Shown here piece by piece: positions 1 to 13,821 of a stretch of 64,000 nucleotides of DNA. The position numbers were made by a program, and so were the translations under genes. The DNA is from Octopus sinensis (lineage: Eukaryota), in NCBI RefSeq assembly GCF_006345805.1, contig NC_043002.1, positions 21,142,001 to 21,206,000 on the forward strand. The letters run 5' to 3'. The notes beneath the pieces are model-generated. The model had not been told where the DNA came from, ran no database searches, and worked only from the letters and a program-made list of their open reading frames with translations. How positions within the stretch are numbered: position 1 is the stretch's first letter; every line of letters begins with the position of its first letter.

Positions 1-1254
1 CAATTTGCAAAGTAATCTGAACATTAAAGGGTTAATTTTGCTGACTGACTTTCACTTTCACTTCAATTATCAGAGGGATGATGGAAAATATTTGTCAACA
101 ATCATTTTTTTATTTAAACACTTCTAGCTTCTCCCTCCACTCTCCTTCTCTCACACTTCCCTTTCTCAACTATCTTTCTCTTTAATTCCACCTTGAGTAA
201 TCACAAGTTATGCCTTCTATAGAGTCAGTTATCCTAAAGATTTGTTCTACATCACTTGTCAGTTGTCTCTCACTGTTAAAAACTCTAGCAGAAGCAATGT
301 TGTTACAACTGAAATCAGCAAAACCTCTCACAACATCAAGCATGAAAATGTATTAACTGAGTTGGACATCTAACATCAACATTAGAGTTTCTTAGCCTGC
401 GTGATATTACCCAGAGGTGATGAGCAATGTAGGGTTTTGAAAATTAAGAATTTATTTCAACATGTGTTACTTGACAAAAAAAAAATATTCAAAGAAAAAA
501 ATGCAAAGAATTTGTATTAAAAAAATGGATGAAACAAGAAACAAGAGGCTGGATGGGAATAACTGGGCCACATTCCTGAATAAGAAATAAATGTTCCTCA
601 CAAACAAGGGGGGAACTTGTCAGTATATACCACAGTTTTGAGAAGGGTCATTAACATTCAAATAGTCCTTTGAACAAAATGACATTCTTTTTCAGATATA
701 AATCTGATAAAAGAAGGCCAAAAACAACTTTGCCAATAAAATTAAGATGTGACCCTCAGGATAAACTCACCAATGCTACCAACACCAAGTGATCACACAT
801 AAAATTGTCACAGGCAATGACCTCAAAGAACTCTGACAAAGAGCACAGCCGACAATGCCAGATAAAATATGAGAATTCCAAGATGGAATCTGTTCTTGGT
901 TCAGTGTGCATGCTCATGTCAACAGACAGCCACTCGAAGTTGTTGGATTGTATTGGTCACCATATGATTGCAACACTCTTGTGATCTCATATTTATGGAT
1001 TATTGAAAATGGGCTTTGAGTAATATAACTTTTCTCTGGGTATTGTACGAGCTTTTAAGCACCCCAATGTCTCCATTTAAGAAAAATTCTTGACAGAAAC
1101 TCTGCCAGATCAGACTGGAGCCTGGTGCAGCCCCTGGCTTCCCAGACCCCGGTCAAACCGTCCAACCCGTGCTAGCACGGAAAACGGACGTTAAACGATG
1201 ATGATGATGAATACAGTACTGATTATTTATCTTATGGGTTTTTTTGCTTCTCCT

Positions 1255-1545
1255 CACAGCAGTTAGTTACCCATCTGTGTTACGACAACGAAACTATGAA
1301 GCCTTCATGCTTAAAATATTATTTATATCCTAAGCATGCTGATCAGAAGTAAAAAAAAAAACCTTTGTCATATTTCTCACACCTTAAGACCTCATTCAAA
1401 AAGTGGAAAATCTCAATCTTAGAATTTCAGAAAACAACTGCGCAGCAAGACAATGGGATGATTGCATCATACAACATTCTGTTACTTGTTGCAAAGGCCA
1501 GTAAGTCCCACACTATAGGAAAAATATTACTTGGGCCTATCATTT
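1255..1545 (+). mobile_element. Degenerate hAT (Buster/Charlie-type) transposase fragment
   Basis: Translates to NETMKPS (BED-finger region) and ASYNILLLVAKASKSHTIG, resembling the Buster motif ASYKVALRIAKAGKPHTIGE. Confidence 0.6.
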
Positions 1546-1945
1546 TCTTTAGGTCTGTTTCCATTATTGTGCCATTAATTTCATTCTACACTTGTTCAAT
1601 ATATTTGCATATATTTGCATTAGCCCAAATTCTAGTTCTTCCATCCAAGCAGCTTGCCTTCTGAACTTATTTCTTCTCCATATAGAGTTCCAGTAGTTTT
1701 CTCTAATTCTTCTGATGGTGTATCACTTACAGAAACTCCGCTGTTTACAATGAAGCTACAACAAACTGATTTAGATTCTTTGACAAACAGTCTGCTCAGC
1801 ATTTTGGTTTTATAAACTGTAAATCTATATTTTCATTTTTTCAGCTGTTGTTGTAAGTTCTTTCATCTGATGTTGTTCAGAGTTTAAGGTTTCAAATTTT
1901 GTATTACTAGACTGCTTCTTCAATTTCTGTTTTAAGTGTTTTTAA

Positions 1946-2009
1946 TGTTTTAAGATGTATGTATGTATGTATGTATGTATGTATGTATGTATGTATGTAT
2001 GTATGTATG

Positions 2010-2038
<29 letters not shown>
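1946..2038. repeat. (TATG)n microsatellite
   Basis: Perfect tetranucleotide run. Confidence 0.98.
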
Positions 2039-2040
<2 letters not shown>

Positions 2041-2519
2041 TCTTGATGGTAGGCAAAATGTCTGGCTTGGAGAATGATGCTAAACACATGCCTTTCACAA
2101 TTCGTCTGTGACTGTTGAGCCTGACAGTGTTTATCATCATCATCATCATTGTCGTTTAACGTCCACTTTCCATGCTAGCATGGGTTGGACAGTTTGACTG
2201 TGGGCTGGCAAACCAGATGGTTGCACCAGGCTCCAGTCTTGATCTGGCAGAGTTTCTACAGCTGGATGCCCTTTCTAATGCCAACCACTCCGAGAGTGTA
2301 GTGGGTGCTTTTACGTGCCACCGGCATGGGAGCCAGTCAGGCGGTACTGGCAACGACCTCGCTCGAATTTTTTTTTGTCTGGTATATATTCTTGTATATA
2401 TTTGTATATATTTTTTGTATATATTTATTTCCTTGTTTATATTCTTGTATAAAACATGGACAGAGAAAGAATTCCAGAGGGTTTACTTTATGTGGAAAAA
2501 AGATTGAGTGTAATTTTTG

Positions 2520-4560
2520 ATAAGGTGTCTGGCAGGAAAGTGGGGGTTCTAATGTGGATGAAATAAGAGGAGTAGAAGGCTTTAGGTGAAAAGCAGAAAG
2601 AAGGGATGGTAAATCTTTGGACTAGAACTTGAAGCATATTTGTGAAAGATTTTGAATGACTTCATGCCATTTAGGATGGCTATAGTCTTGGATGCATGTG
2701 TGTGTGTGTGTGTGTGTGTGTGTGGTTGCAGCACCATCTCAGATGTGGAAGCAGTGCTACACTGTAGGTCTCACCTGAACTTTGTAGAGGATTAGCAGAT
2801 GAAATAACTTCTGGCTCTGAAGAAGAAAGCCAGTCTCTATGACGCCATCTTTGTTAAGTTGAGGATGTGCACTCACCAAGAGAGATACTCAGTAATAAGA
2901 AGGTCTAGTATCTGTGGTAACCTAGACAGTCCTAGATGTAGGCTATCCATGTTGCCGGGTGTATGATATTGTTTTCTTGATACATGCAATGACTCTGTCC
3001 TTTGTGTTGTTGAAGAAAACATGATGGATAATGTTTTTGAGCTCCCTTTTCATGGAGTCAGTGCTGGTTTGGTGTAAGGTGTCTAGGGAACATACTGATG
3101 ACATGTAGGTTTAGAAGGTTATGCATGAATGAAAATTGATATCATTTATACAGAAGTTGAAACTGTTGAAGGTGACAGCAACAAAGTTGTTGATATATAG
3201 GAGGAAAATTATGAGGAATAAAATTTACTCTTTAGGTACACAAAGAACGATAGCTTGTGTGAGTCCCATCAAAACATGCTATAATGGTACAGTAAGCCTC
3301 TGATTCTAGAGATGAGAAATAAATGGAGCACATATATTGGCAGTTTTGCCCAGAGATTTGCATATCAGATACAGGTGAATGCTTTGTTGAACTTGACTGC
3401 TTCAGTACTGTATTCATTAAATTATTTAGAAGTATGATCCGTGTGGTGGAGGTGCGAAGTTTAGTGGTTAGGGTGTTGGACTCATGATCGTAAGATTGTG
3501 GCTGTGAGCTGGCAAAAACGTTAGCACGCTGGGCAAAATGCGTAGCCATATTTTGTCTGCCATTACATTCTGAGTTCAAATTCCGCTGAAGTCGACTTTG
3601 CCTTTCATCATTTCGGGGTTGATTAAATAAGTACCAGTTACACACTAGGGTCGATATAATCGACTTAATCTGTTTGTCTGTCTTTGTTTGTCCCCTCTGT
3701 GTGTAGCCCCTTATGGGCAGTAAAGAAATAGGTATTTCATTTGCTGTTACGATCTGAGTTCAAATTCTTCCAAGGTCGACTTTGCCTTTCATCCTTTTGG
3801 GGTCGATAAATTAAGTACCATTTATGTACTAGGTTCGATGTATTCGACTTAATCCCTTTGACTGCCCTTGTTTGTCCCCTCTATGTTTAGCCCCTGGTGG
3901 GCAATAAAGAAATAAGATTGTGATTTTGATTCCTGGACCAGTAAATGTGTTGTGTTCTTGAGCAAAATGCTTCTCTTCATGTTGTTCCAGTCCACTCAGC
4001 TGGTAAAAATGGTTAGTCCTGTGGTGGATCAGCATCCTGTCCAGGGAGGAATATATCCACCAGACAAACTGGGAAACTAGTTCTATACTCCCTTCAGAGT
4101 AATGTGGACTAACCATAGTCCACATGTGAATGACATAAAAGAGTAAGTCTCCAGCAGATCTGGTTTTATGAAAACTATTTAGTTCATACATTCCATCACC
4201 AAGTTCAATGAAGAAGGAGAATATTCTAAGGAATTGGAGAAGATTGTTGTTAATTATTGTCTTGTTCATCTTTGAGATGCTGGAAGTGGATATGATTGGA
4301 TGGTAGAGTCAGTCACCGGCTGACACTCGCTGACACTACATCGAAGAGGCCAGGGAACAGAAGAAAGAAGAAAGAAGAGATGCACCCAACACAAGAGCTG
4401 AAGACACCACCGAAAGTGGGGCGGCCGCCATGTCAAAACAGTAGAGGAGCAGGGGCTGAAACCGGACGTGGTTCCTCTTGATGATGTCTTGAGCTAACGG
4501 GCTCCTATAAAGATGCTGTTGTGGTAGCAGACCATGAAACACAGTTGAAATTCCTCCATC
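2520..4560 (-). mobile_element. Old CR1/Jockey-group LINE relic interrupted by SINEs and a (TG)n tract
   Basis: Minus-strand remnants: IINNNLLQFL, FHKTRSAGDLLFYVIHMW (RT region), KFNKAF..ANLWAKL, LYKVQVRPTV*HCFHI*DG. Many stops and frameshifts. Confidence 0.6.
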
Positions 4561-4959
4561 TCAGTAAAGAGAGACAGAGAGAGGGAGAGAGAGAGAGAGA
4601 GAGAGAAGGAAAGAGAGAATGAATAGTTTGGTGAAAATAAGGGCTAGCTTTGGGCCACATTGTTTCAGGGTAATGTTTATAGATATGTTTGTGTCAGGTT
4701 GCTTGTTAGTACAACTGGCATCCTGTTAACCTGTAATAAGCTTTTTCATGGTCAAGTTGCCAACAACTAGATCAGTTCCCCCACCAAATTAACCTGGGGA
4801 GGAGATTTGTTAGAAAACCAACAGCAAAAGCAATATTTGCCAAAAGGATGGATGAACCCAGTGAAGGGTCAATGATTTTCTAGAAATAGCATATAATTGA
4901 GTGTGGGTGTAGGCAATGGAATGTATGAGATAAAACATAGTATTCTGGTTCATTTATGA

Positions 4960-5191
4960 AGGCACAAATAAATATATTCACACACACACAATAACATGCA
5001 GAAACACACACACACACACACATAATTATATGAAGAAACACACACACATGCACATATGCACACATACACATATAGATTTGTTCAAATATAGGATTGAATA
5101 CGCACGACACACATTTATTCTGTTTGTATGCAAAAACACATACACACACACATAATTATATTTAGAAATGCATGCACACTCACATGCACAC

Positions 5192-5251
<60 letters not shown>

Positions 5252-5327
5252 CACACACACATATTTGTAGAAATACAGAATCACATACTACATACTTATA
5301 TATTCAGTTTGTTGAAATGACATAGTG

Positions 5328-5372
<45 letters not shown>

Positions 5373-5500
5373 AAACACCACACATGTACACACACATACA
5401 CCACACACTCACACACAAACACACAAACACATGCACAAACATACACCACACATTCACACCACATACACACACAAACGTGCCCACACACATGCACCATACA

Positions 5501-5542
<42 letters not shown>

Positions 5543-6887
5543 TATGGTAATCATACAGTGACATATATAACTGTTATCTCACGATCCAAATCTACACCAC
5601 CACCACTGCTTACAGTGGCACCATCACTGCCACCACCACAACCACAACCACAACCACAACACCAACCACCACTACTGCTGCTGCCACTACCACCACCACC
5701 ACCACAACCACTAACACCACTATTAACATTGACACCACTTCTGCCACCACCATCAAAACTACTAACTGCCATGACCATCACTACAACCAGAACCCATATT
5801 TACAAATACCAACCATACTACATCACAAACGTTACCACTGCATAAAGTCACCACTACATACAGCTCCCCACTATACTCATTACTGCCATCACCACCACCA
5901 CCACCACCACCACCACCACCTCAACCACAACACCAACCACCACTGCTGCTGCTACCACCACCACCACCATGGCGACGACGACAACGACCACCACCACCAC
6001 CACCACCAACACTACCATCAAAACTACTAACTACCATGACCATCACTACAACCAGAACCCATATTTACAAATACCAACCATACTACATCACAAACGTTAC
6101 CACTGCATAAAGTCACCACTACATACAGCTCCCCACTATACTCATTACTGCCATCACCACCACCACCACCACCACCACCACCTCAACCACAACACCAACC
6201 ACCACTGCTGCTGCCACCACCACCAGCACCATGGCGACGACGACAACGACCACCACCACACCACCACCAACACTACCATCAAAACTACTAACTACCATGA
6301 CCATCACTACAACCAGAACACATATTTACAAACACCAACCACACTACATCACAAACATTACCGCTGCATAAAGTCACCACTACATACAGTTCCATAACCA
6401 TTATTGCCATCACCATCACCACCCTTCATTTTCTTAACACCACCATGTACATCTGTACCCATCCCAACACCAACAACAACACAGTAACCACCACCATCAC
6501 CACCACCAACAACAACAACACTGCAACTGCCACCACCACTTCCACCACCGCCACCACTGCCACCACTGCCATTGCTGTCACTGCATGCATATAATACAGC
6601 ACATCACCTCAAAGACTACACTCATCATCATCATCATCACCACCACCATCACTACCACCACCACTACCACCATCACCACCACCATTATCACCACATAGCG
6701 TCATGTCTCAACATCTCTCCACCAAATCCAATGTACACCACCACCAACTACCACCATCACCAACCACCACCACCACCACCATTATCTTCATCTCCACCAT
6801 CACACCGACTCACCCATGACCATGACCATCACTATCACCATCACAATGCACTATTCCAACTTGCACTCTCGCTCTCACCACCACCAC

Positions 6888-6919
<32 letters not shown>

Positions 6920-7100
6920 CAACAACAACCACCACCACCACCACCACCACCACCACCACTACCACCACTACCACAACTGCAGCTACAACAACAGCAGCAG
7001 CAGCAGCAGCAACAAAAACAACAACAACAGCAACAACAAAAGTAACAAGAACAAGAACAACACAAACAGCAGCAGCAGCAGCAGCAACAACAACAACAAT
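4960..7100. repeat. Compound (CA)n, (CAC)n, (CAA)n and (CAG)n low-complexity tract
   Basis: Direct inspection. Source of many spurious His/Thr/Val/Cys-rich ORFs. Confidence 0.95.
5747..6420 (+). repeat. ~263-bp higher-order tandem repeat (about 2.5 copies) in a CAC-rich tract
   Basis: ccatcaaaactactaac...cagaacccatatttacaaatacc...gtcaccactacatacag starts at 5750, 6015 and 6276. Confidence 0.9.
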
Positions 7101-7390
7101 TATAATACATCTTTGTGGTACTTTCAAAAATTGACTCATCTCTTGAAACTTACCAAAGTTAGGGTATGTCAGGAATGGGGTGGGCGGGTACATGGCTGAT
7201 GTGATGTGGTGGGTGACGTGGGGGATGGGGTATCTGAGGGTGGCGAAACATTTTAAACAAGGGCTTTATTATATGTCATGACCATCACCATTTAATTATC
7301 TATTTTTAGGTGTGTACCATATACATAAATATACACATATTCACAATCATAGGCATACACACAAACACATTCACACACATACACATATGT

Positions 7391-7424
<34 letters not shown>

Positions 7425-8013
7425 ATACATATATGTATATGTGTGTATGTGTATGTATGTATATATATATATATATAATATATATATATATATAATATAT
7501 GTACAAAACATACACATACATGTATCACAACTAACATACAAAATACAGATCTTCCTCTTACATATATATATATATATATGCATACATACATACGTACATA
7601 CATACATACATTCATACATACATGTTACATGTAAATGTATATATTATATAATTATATATATCTGTGTGTGTGTGTATGCGTATGTCTATATATACACTCT
7701 TACATTCAGACAAGTTATATAAAATACACTAGCATATAAGCATACATACATATATACACTGCACCAATACTTGTATAACACACACGCAGATATACACACA
7801 CATATGTATATATATATATCTAGACCGAGATATTTAGGGCACAATAGTGTTCTATTTAAGTCCACACAGGCACATGCACACACACACACACAAAAACACA
7901 CAAAGGCACACATATAAGTACACACACTTACACACATGCAAATGTACGCACACACATACGTATACCATAACACACTCGATTTCTGTGCCAATCTTTTCTC
8001 TACATTCACTCAG

Positions 8014-8056
8014 AAGCAACCAAAAGTGATGCTGTTATTTTGTCACTCCAAGTCAG
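8014..8056 (+). CDS. Candidate 43-nt upstream micro-exon (KQPKVMLLFCHSKS, ends in phase 1)
   Basis: Unique island between microsatellites, with pyrimidine tract + cactcAG| and |GTaaat. Its phase-1 end matches the phase-1 start of exon 19032. No recognised homology. Confidence 0.3.
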
Positions 8057-8369
8057 GTAAATATTTATGTATATCCATATATAAACACACACACACACAC
8101 ACATACATATATGATAATCTGGAACTTGACTGAGGAAAGAAAACTCCGAATGACCCGTCCTTATTTTTGTCACTTTTTTCTATCATCTAACTGTCTGGAT
8201 GTTTTGCAGTCTTGTCCCATTTTTTGTATTCCTTTATATATATATAGAGAGAGTGGTTGTATACTGTCAACTTAACGTGACAGTCCTGTAAGGGAATTAC
8301 ACCACCGCTGTTTAGCCCTAGGGCTCCACCACCATACATATCTCTATGAGATATTTAGGAATTTAATAT

Positions 8370-8370
8370 T

Positions 8371-8428
<58 letters not shown>

Positions 8429-8479
8429 TATATGTATATATATTATATATATATGTATATATATATGTATATATATATG

Positions 8480-8519
<40 letters not shown>

Positions 8520-8528
8520 CATATATAC

Positions 8529-8595
<67 letters not shown>

Positions 8596-8672
8596 CATAT
8601 ATATATAAAGATATATATATATATACATATATATATACATATGTACAGATATATATACTTGCACGTAAACAT

Positions 8673-8703
<31 letters not shown>

Positions 8704-8710
8704 CTATATT
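8370..8710. repeat. (TA)n-rich microsatellite
   Basis: Direct inspection. Similar tracts occur at 7390-7670, 24880-24995, 28115-28280 and 47805-47995. Confidence 0.97.
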
Positions 8711-8884
8711 TGAAAAAGATGTCTCAAAAATTCACCCTGGATCTCATAAGCTTTAATGCACTAAAAGCTATGCACAGCTGATATTCGGGTGCGTCAAATA
8801 TGACCTAATATCTTTTATATACCATCAAATATGCTGAATATATCTGTGTTTGTATTTGTATATACATATATATAAAAAAAAGAC

Positions 8885-9200
8885 TCCGCCGGTTACGACG
8901 ACGAGGGTCCCAGCTGATACGATCAACGGAACAGCTTGCTCGTGAAATTAACGTGCAAATGGCTGAGCATTCCACAGACACGTGTACCCTTAACGTAGTT
9001 CTCGGGGATAATCAGCGTGACACAGAGAGTGACAAGGCTGACCCTTTGAAATACAAGTACAACTCATTTTTGCCAGCTGAGTGGACTGGAGCAACGTGAA
9101 ATAAAGTGTCTTGCTCAAGGACACAACGCGTCGCCGGGAATCGAACTCACAACCTTACGATCATGAGCCGAATGCCCTAACCACTAAGCCACGCGCCCTC
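8885..9200 (-). mobile_element. tRNA-derived SINE family C with a conserved central domain (representative copy)
   Basis: Head gtggcttagtggttagg...gttcgattccc, centre tgtgtccttgagcaagacactttatttcacgttgctccagtccactcagctgg. Other copies (approximate): 30715-30913(-), 31320-31642(-), 48935-49270(+), 53310-53520(-), 55165-55412(-), 61600-61860(+). Confidence 0.8.
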
Positions 9201-11173
9201 ACACATATATATATATATATGTGTGTATATATAAATATATATGTATGTGTATGTATATATATATATATATAACTATATATATATATATGTCATTATTTAA
9301 TGTTGTTTTAGATATATATATATACATTCATATATATGGAGTTCCCAGCAAGCCTTCAACCATGATGACTAGAACATGCCAAAGAATTTGTGTGTGTGTG
9401 TGTGTGTTTGTCTATGTACTGTCCAAGTGTGCATGTACATATATGCGAAAACGTATACACATACATACATATCCAGGGCTATCCCCAATTTACAGAGAAT
9501 GATTCATATGACAAGAAACCATTGTAGAGTTTGAAACCATTTTATTGAAATATATGAATACATGTAATATTGCAGCTCTGTGTCTAAACTTAGAAAATAT
9601 CAAATTCTAAATTTTCTGATATACTTTATGAAAAAAAACTGATAAAACATTAATATAAAAAAATATATTTATGTTTGTTTTTATCTTGAGTTATAATAAA
9701 AAAAAACAATTTAATATTTAACTCAAGAATTGCTGAATACATTTTAAAGGAAATATATATATACTTTTATAAGAAAGGGATGACTGTAACTTTGAAGTTT
9801 TGGCCAACTAGCCTTTATTAGACAATCTAATACAGTAAAAGTGTAATATATAATATGTAAACATGGCAGTGAGCTGGCAGAAATGTTAGTACGCCAGGTG
9901 AAATGCTGTCTTTATATTCTGAGTTCAAATTCCGCTGGGGTCAACTTTGCCTTTCATCCTTTCAGGATTGATGAATTTAGTACCTGTTGCATACTGGGGT
10001 TGATCTAATCAACTGGCTTCCTCCCCCAAAATTTTGGGCCATGTGCCTAGAAAAGAATATATATGTAAATATATATATATATAAACAGGAGCCATAGGTG
10101 TAGGAGTGGCTGTGTGATTAGTAGCTTGCTTACAAACCACATGGTTCTGGGTTCAGTCCCACCGTGTGGAACCTTCGGCGCAAGTGTCTTCTACTATAGT
10201 CTCAGGCCGACCAAAGCCTTGTGAGTGGATTTGGTAGACGGAAACTGAAAGAAGCCTGTCGTATATGTTTATATATATATATGTGTGTGTGTATGTTTGT
10301 GTGTCTGTGTTTGTCCCCCCAACATTGCTTGACAACTGATGCTGGTGTGTTTACGTCCCCGTAACTTGGCAGTTCATAGAATAAGTACTAGACTTACAAA
10401 GAATAAGTCCTGGGGTCAATTTCCTTGTAAGCCTAAAGGCGGTGCTCCAGCATGGCCACAGTCAAATGACTGAAACAAGTAAAAGAGGAAATTAATTAGA
10501 TGTGTTTTGATTTGCATATGCTTATACAAAAATCCATATTAAATTTTAAATACAGCAACCGTTTGTTTCAATTTTCCTTTCTTCTCATTGGATGATTTTG
10601 TAGCGGTTATGTGTATTTTTAACTTGTCCTCTTACCTGTGAGATAACGGAAACATTAGCATTTTTAAAAATAAAAAATCGTTGCTCTATTTTTCCAGTTC
10701 ATTACATTCTGAGTTCAAACCTCATAGAGGCTAGCTTTACTTTTTATTTCTCCAGGGACGATAGAATAAAGTATCAGTTTAGTACTAAAGATTGATGTTG
10801 TTAAGTAATCCCTTTCTCTTAAAATTGCTGATCTTGTTCATAAATTAGACATCATCGTTATTACCATCATTATCATCATTTAGCATCTGTTTTCCATGCT
10901 GGCATGGGTTGAACGGTTTAAAAGGAGTTGGCCTACCAGAGAGCTGCACCACACCCCAATTATCTATTTTACTCTTTTACTTGCTTCAGTCATTTGACTG
11001 TGGCCATGCTGGAGCACCACCTTTTTAGTCAAGCAAATTGACCCCAGGACTTATTCTTTGTAAACCTAGTACTTATTCTATCAGTTTCTTTTGCCGAACC
11101 GCTAAGTTACGTGGATGTAAACACACCAACATCGGTTGCCAAGTGATGTTGGAGGGACAAACACAGACACACA

Positions 11174-11221
<48 letters not shown>

Positions 11222-13419
11222 CATATATACAACAGGCTTCTTTCAGTTTCCGTCTACCAAATCCACTCACAAAGCTTTAGTTGACCCGAAGCTATAGTAG
11301 AAGACACTTGTCCAAGGTGCTATGCAATGGGACTGAACGCGGAACCATGTGGTTGGTAAGCAAGCTACTTACCACACAGTCACTTCTACACCTATGTCAA
11401 GATTTTGTCAAGACTTCTACAGTTGGCTGCCCTTCCTAATACCAACCACCTTACAGAGTGCACCGGATGCTTTTATGCGGAACTGGCGCTTGTTTTTATG
11501 GAGGCACCAGCATGAGTGCTTTCTATGTGACACAGACACAGGTGCTTTTTATGAGGTACTGACATAGGTGCCTCTTAGTTGGCACTAGCACAGGTGTTTT
11601 CATGTGGCACTGGCACAGTAAGGCAGTGGATTGTCAGAATCATTTGTGCACTGGAAAGAAAATGCCTTGCAGTCTGTTTCGAATCTTTACATTCTGTGTT
11701 CAAGTTCAATCAAGTTCAACTTTGCTTTCCATCCATTTGAGTCTGGTAAAATAAAGTATCAGTCTAGTACTAGAGGCTGATGCTATGACTAACCCCTTTC
11801 CCTCAACATGTCTTGCCTTTCACCTAAATTAGAAACCAATTATTCTTTTTGCTTCCGTTATCATCTTCATTCCATTTTCAAAAATTCTGAATAATTAATA
11901 TAAAAATTCTTTAATTGAGAATTTTTTCCTTTGCATCTCAATTATATCTATTGTCTTCATGATTTACACAATGCTGCTCTAAATTTTAAAAGGTCCTTCA
12001 TTTTTAAGGACCACATTATGCAAATCTATTAAATTCTCAAATATTTTTGTTGTCTGTTCTAAGACAACCCCAGGCTGGGTAAGTAATCAGGTTGGGTAAT
12101 TTGTGCTATGGCGCTTGTAAATTTAGCCTCGAATTTCCCCATATTATTTATACAGTGAGAAATTGTATCTTTTTCTAATTAGTCCAAACATAGCTGCGTG
12201 GTTATGAAGTTTGCTTCCCAGTCACATGGTTTTGGGATCAGTCTCATTGTGTGGTATCTTTGGCAACTGTCTTTTACTCAAGTCTTGGATGGGCCAAAGC
12301 CTTGTGATTGGATTTGGAAAACAGAAACTGAAAGAAGTGGATCATATACATTACATAAAGATATGCATAGGCGCAGGAGTTGCTGTGTAGTAAGTAGCTT
12401 GCTTACCAACCACATGGTTGCGGGTTCAGTCCCACTGCGTGGCACCTTGGGCAAGTGTCTTCTACTATAGCCTTGGGCCAACCAAAACCTTGTGAGTGGA
12501 TTTGGTAGACGGAAACTGAAAGAAGCCTGTCGTGTTTATGTATATATATGTGTGTGTGTGTGTGTGTATGTATGTTTGTCTGTCTGTGGTTGTACCTCCA
12601 ACATCACTTGACAACTGATGCTGGTGTGTTTATGTTCCCGTAACTGAGCAGTTCAGCAAAAGAGACCAATAGAATAAGTACTAGGCTTACAAAGAATAAG
12701 TCCTGGAGTCAATTTGCTCGACTAAAGGCGGTGCTTCAGCATGGCCACAGTCAAATGACTGAAACAAGTAAAAGAGTAAAAGAGTAGAGTATGCAACCAC
12801 ACACACACACACACGCGCACATACACACACAATGTAAATAGTATATATATGTGTGCTTCCTTGCCTTGACATTATGCAATAATTGTAAGTGAATGTCCCC
12901 ATCATACAAGTGGTGTCATTTGTTTCTAATCTTTCATGAAGACATGTCCAGTCATGGTGATATGTTATCTTGCTTGGAAGAAAACCCACAAAACAAGTGT
13001 GGGTTGGTGACAAGAAGTGCATCCAACCCTGGAACGTCTGCCTCAACAAATTCCATCTGACCCATGCAAGCATGGAAAAGTGGATGTTAAAATGATGATG
13101 TTGGTGGTGATGGTGGTGGTTATGTTAACAAACGAGTTATAGATATTGATGAAATGCAGCAGCTTTGGTAATGAATGCCTTATTAAACTCACTTGATTAA
13201 GAATATAGCTGGCTATCAGCCCACACCCTGCCTCATTCATGTTTCAATGAATTCTTTGTTTATATGACTAATTATATTTTCTCCTGTTGGTTTGCAAAAG
13301 CCTGGACAGTTGGTTTTCATAGCCTGGACAACTGGTTTTCATAGCCTGGACAACTGGTTTTCAGCCCCTTTTGCTATCATTCCCAGAGCATCTATGACAA
13401 CAGGTATTGTTTTATATAT

Positions 13420-13821
13420 AGGCGCAGGAGTGGCTGTGTGGTAAGTAGCTTGCTAACCAACCACATGGTTCCGGGTTCAGTCCCACTGCATGGCATCTTG
13501 GGCAAGTGTCTTCTGCTATGGCCCCGGGCCGACCAATGCCTTGTGCGTGGATTTGGTAGACGGAAACTGAAAGAAGCTTGTCGTATATATGTATATATAT
13601 ATATATATATATGTGTGTGTTTGTGTGTCTGTGTTTGTCCCCCTAGCATTGCTTAACAACCGATGCTGGTGTGTTTACGTCCCCGTCACTTAGCGGTTTG
13701 GCAAAAGAGACCTATAGAATAAGTACTGGGCTTACAAAGAATAAGTCCCGGGGTCGATTTGCTCGACTAAAGGCGGTGCTCCAGCATGGCCGCATTCAAA
13801 TGACTGAAACAAGTAAAAGAG
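13420..13821 (+). mobile_element. tRNA-derived SINE family B with an internal (TA)n(TG)n tract (representative copy)
   Basis: Head ggcgcaggagtggctgtgtggtaag, B-box ggttcagtccc, tail gactgaaacaagtaaaaga. Other copies (approximate): 10090-10487(+), 10972-11392(-), 12370-12790(+), 22757-23134(-), 35121-35528(-), 58520-58905(-), 60705-61010(+). Confidence 0.85.

Noticed and set aside
540-1060. Possible degenerate Tc1/mariner transposase (WSPYDCNTL resembles WPPxSPDxNPL)
   Set aside because: The similarity is too weak and no TIRs or other catalytic motifs could be confirmed by eye.
4260-4560. GC-richer coding-looking island as a possible host exon
   Set aside because: It has no consistent splice sites and is contiguous with minus-strand CR1 RT remnants, so it is more likely the 5' part of that LINE.
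4880-7200. Many ORFs rich in His, Thr, Val, Cys, Gln or Pro
   Set aside because: They are translations of (CA)n, (CAC)n and (CAA)n repeats, with no splice context or domain.
8885-9200. tRNA genes suggested by A/B-box-like sequences
   Set aside because: They are SINE heads attached to repeat bodies, and no complete cloverleaf is evident.
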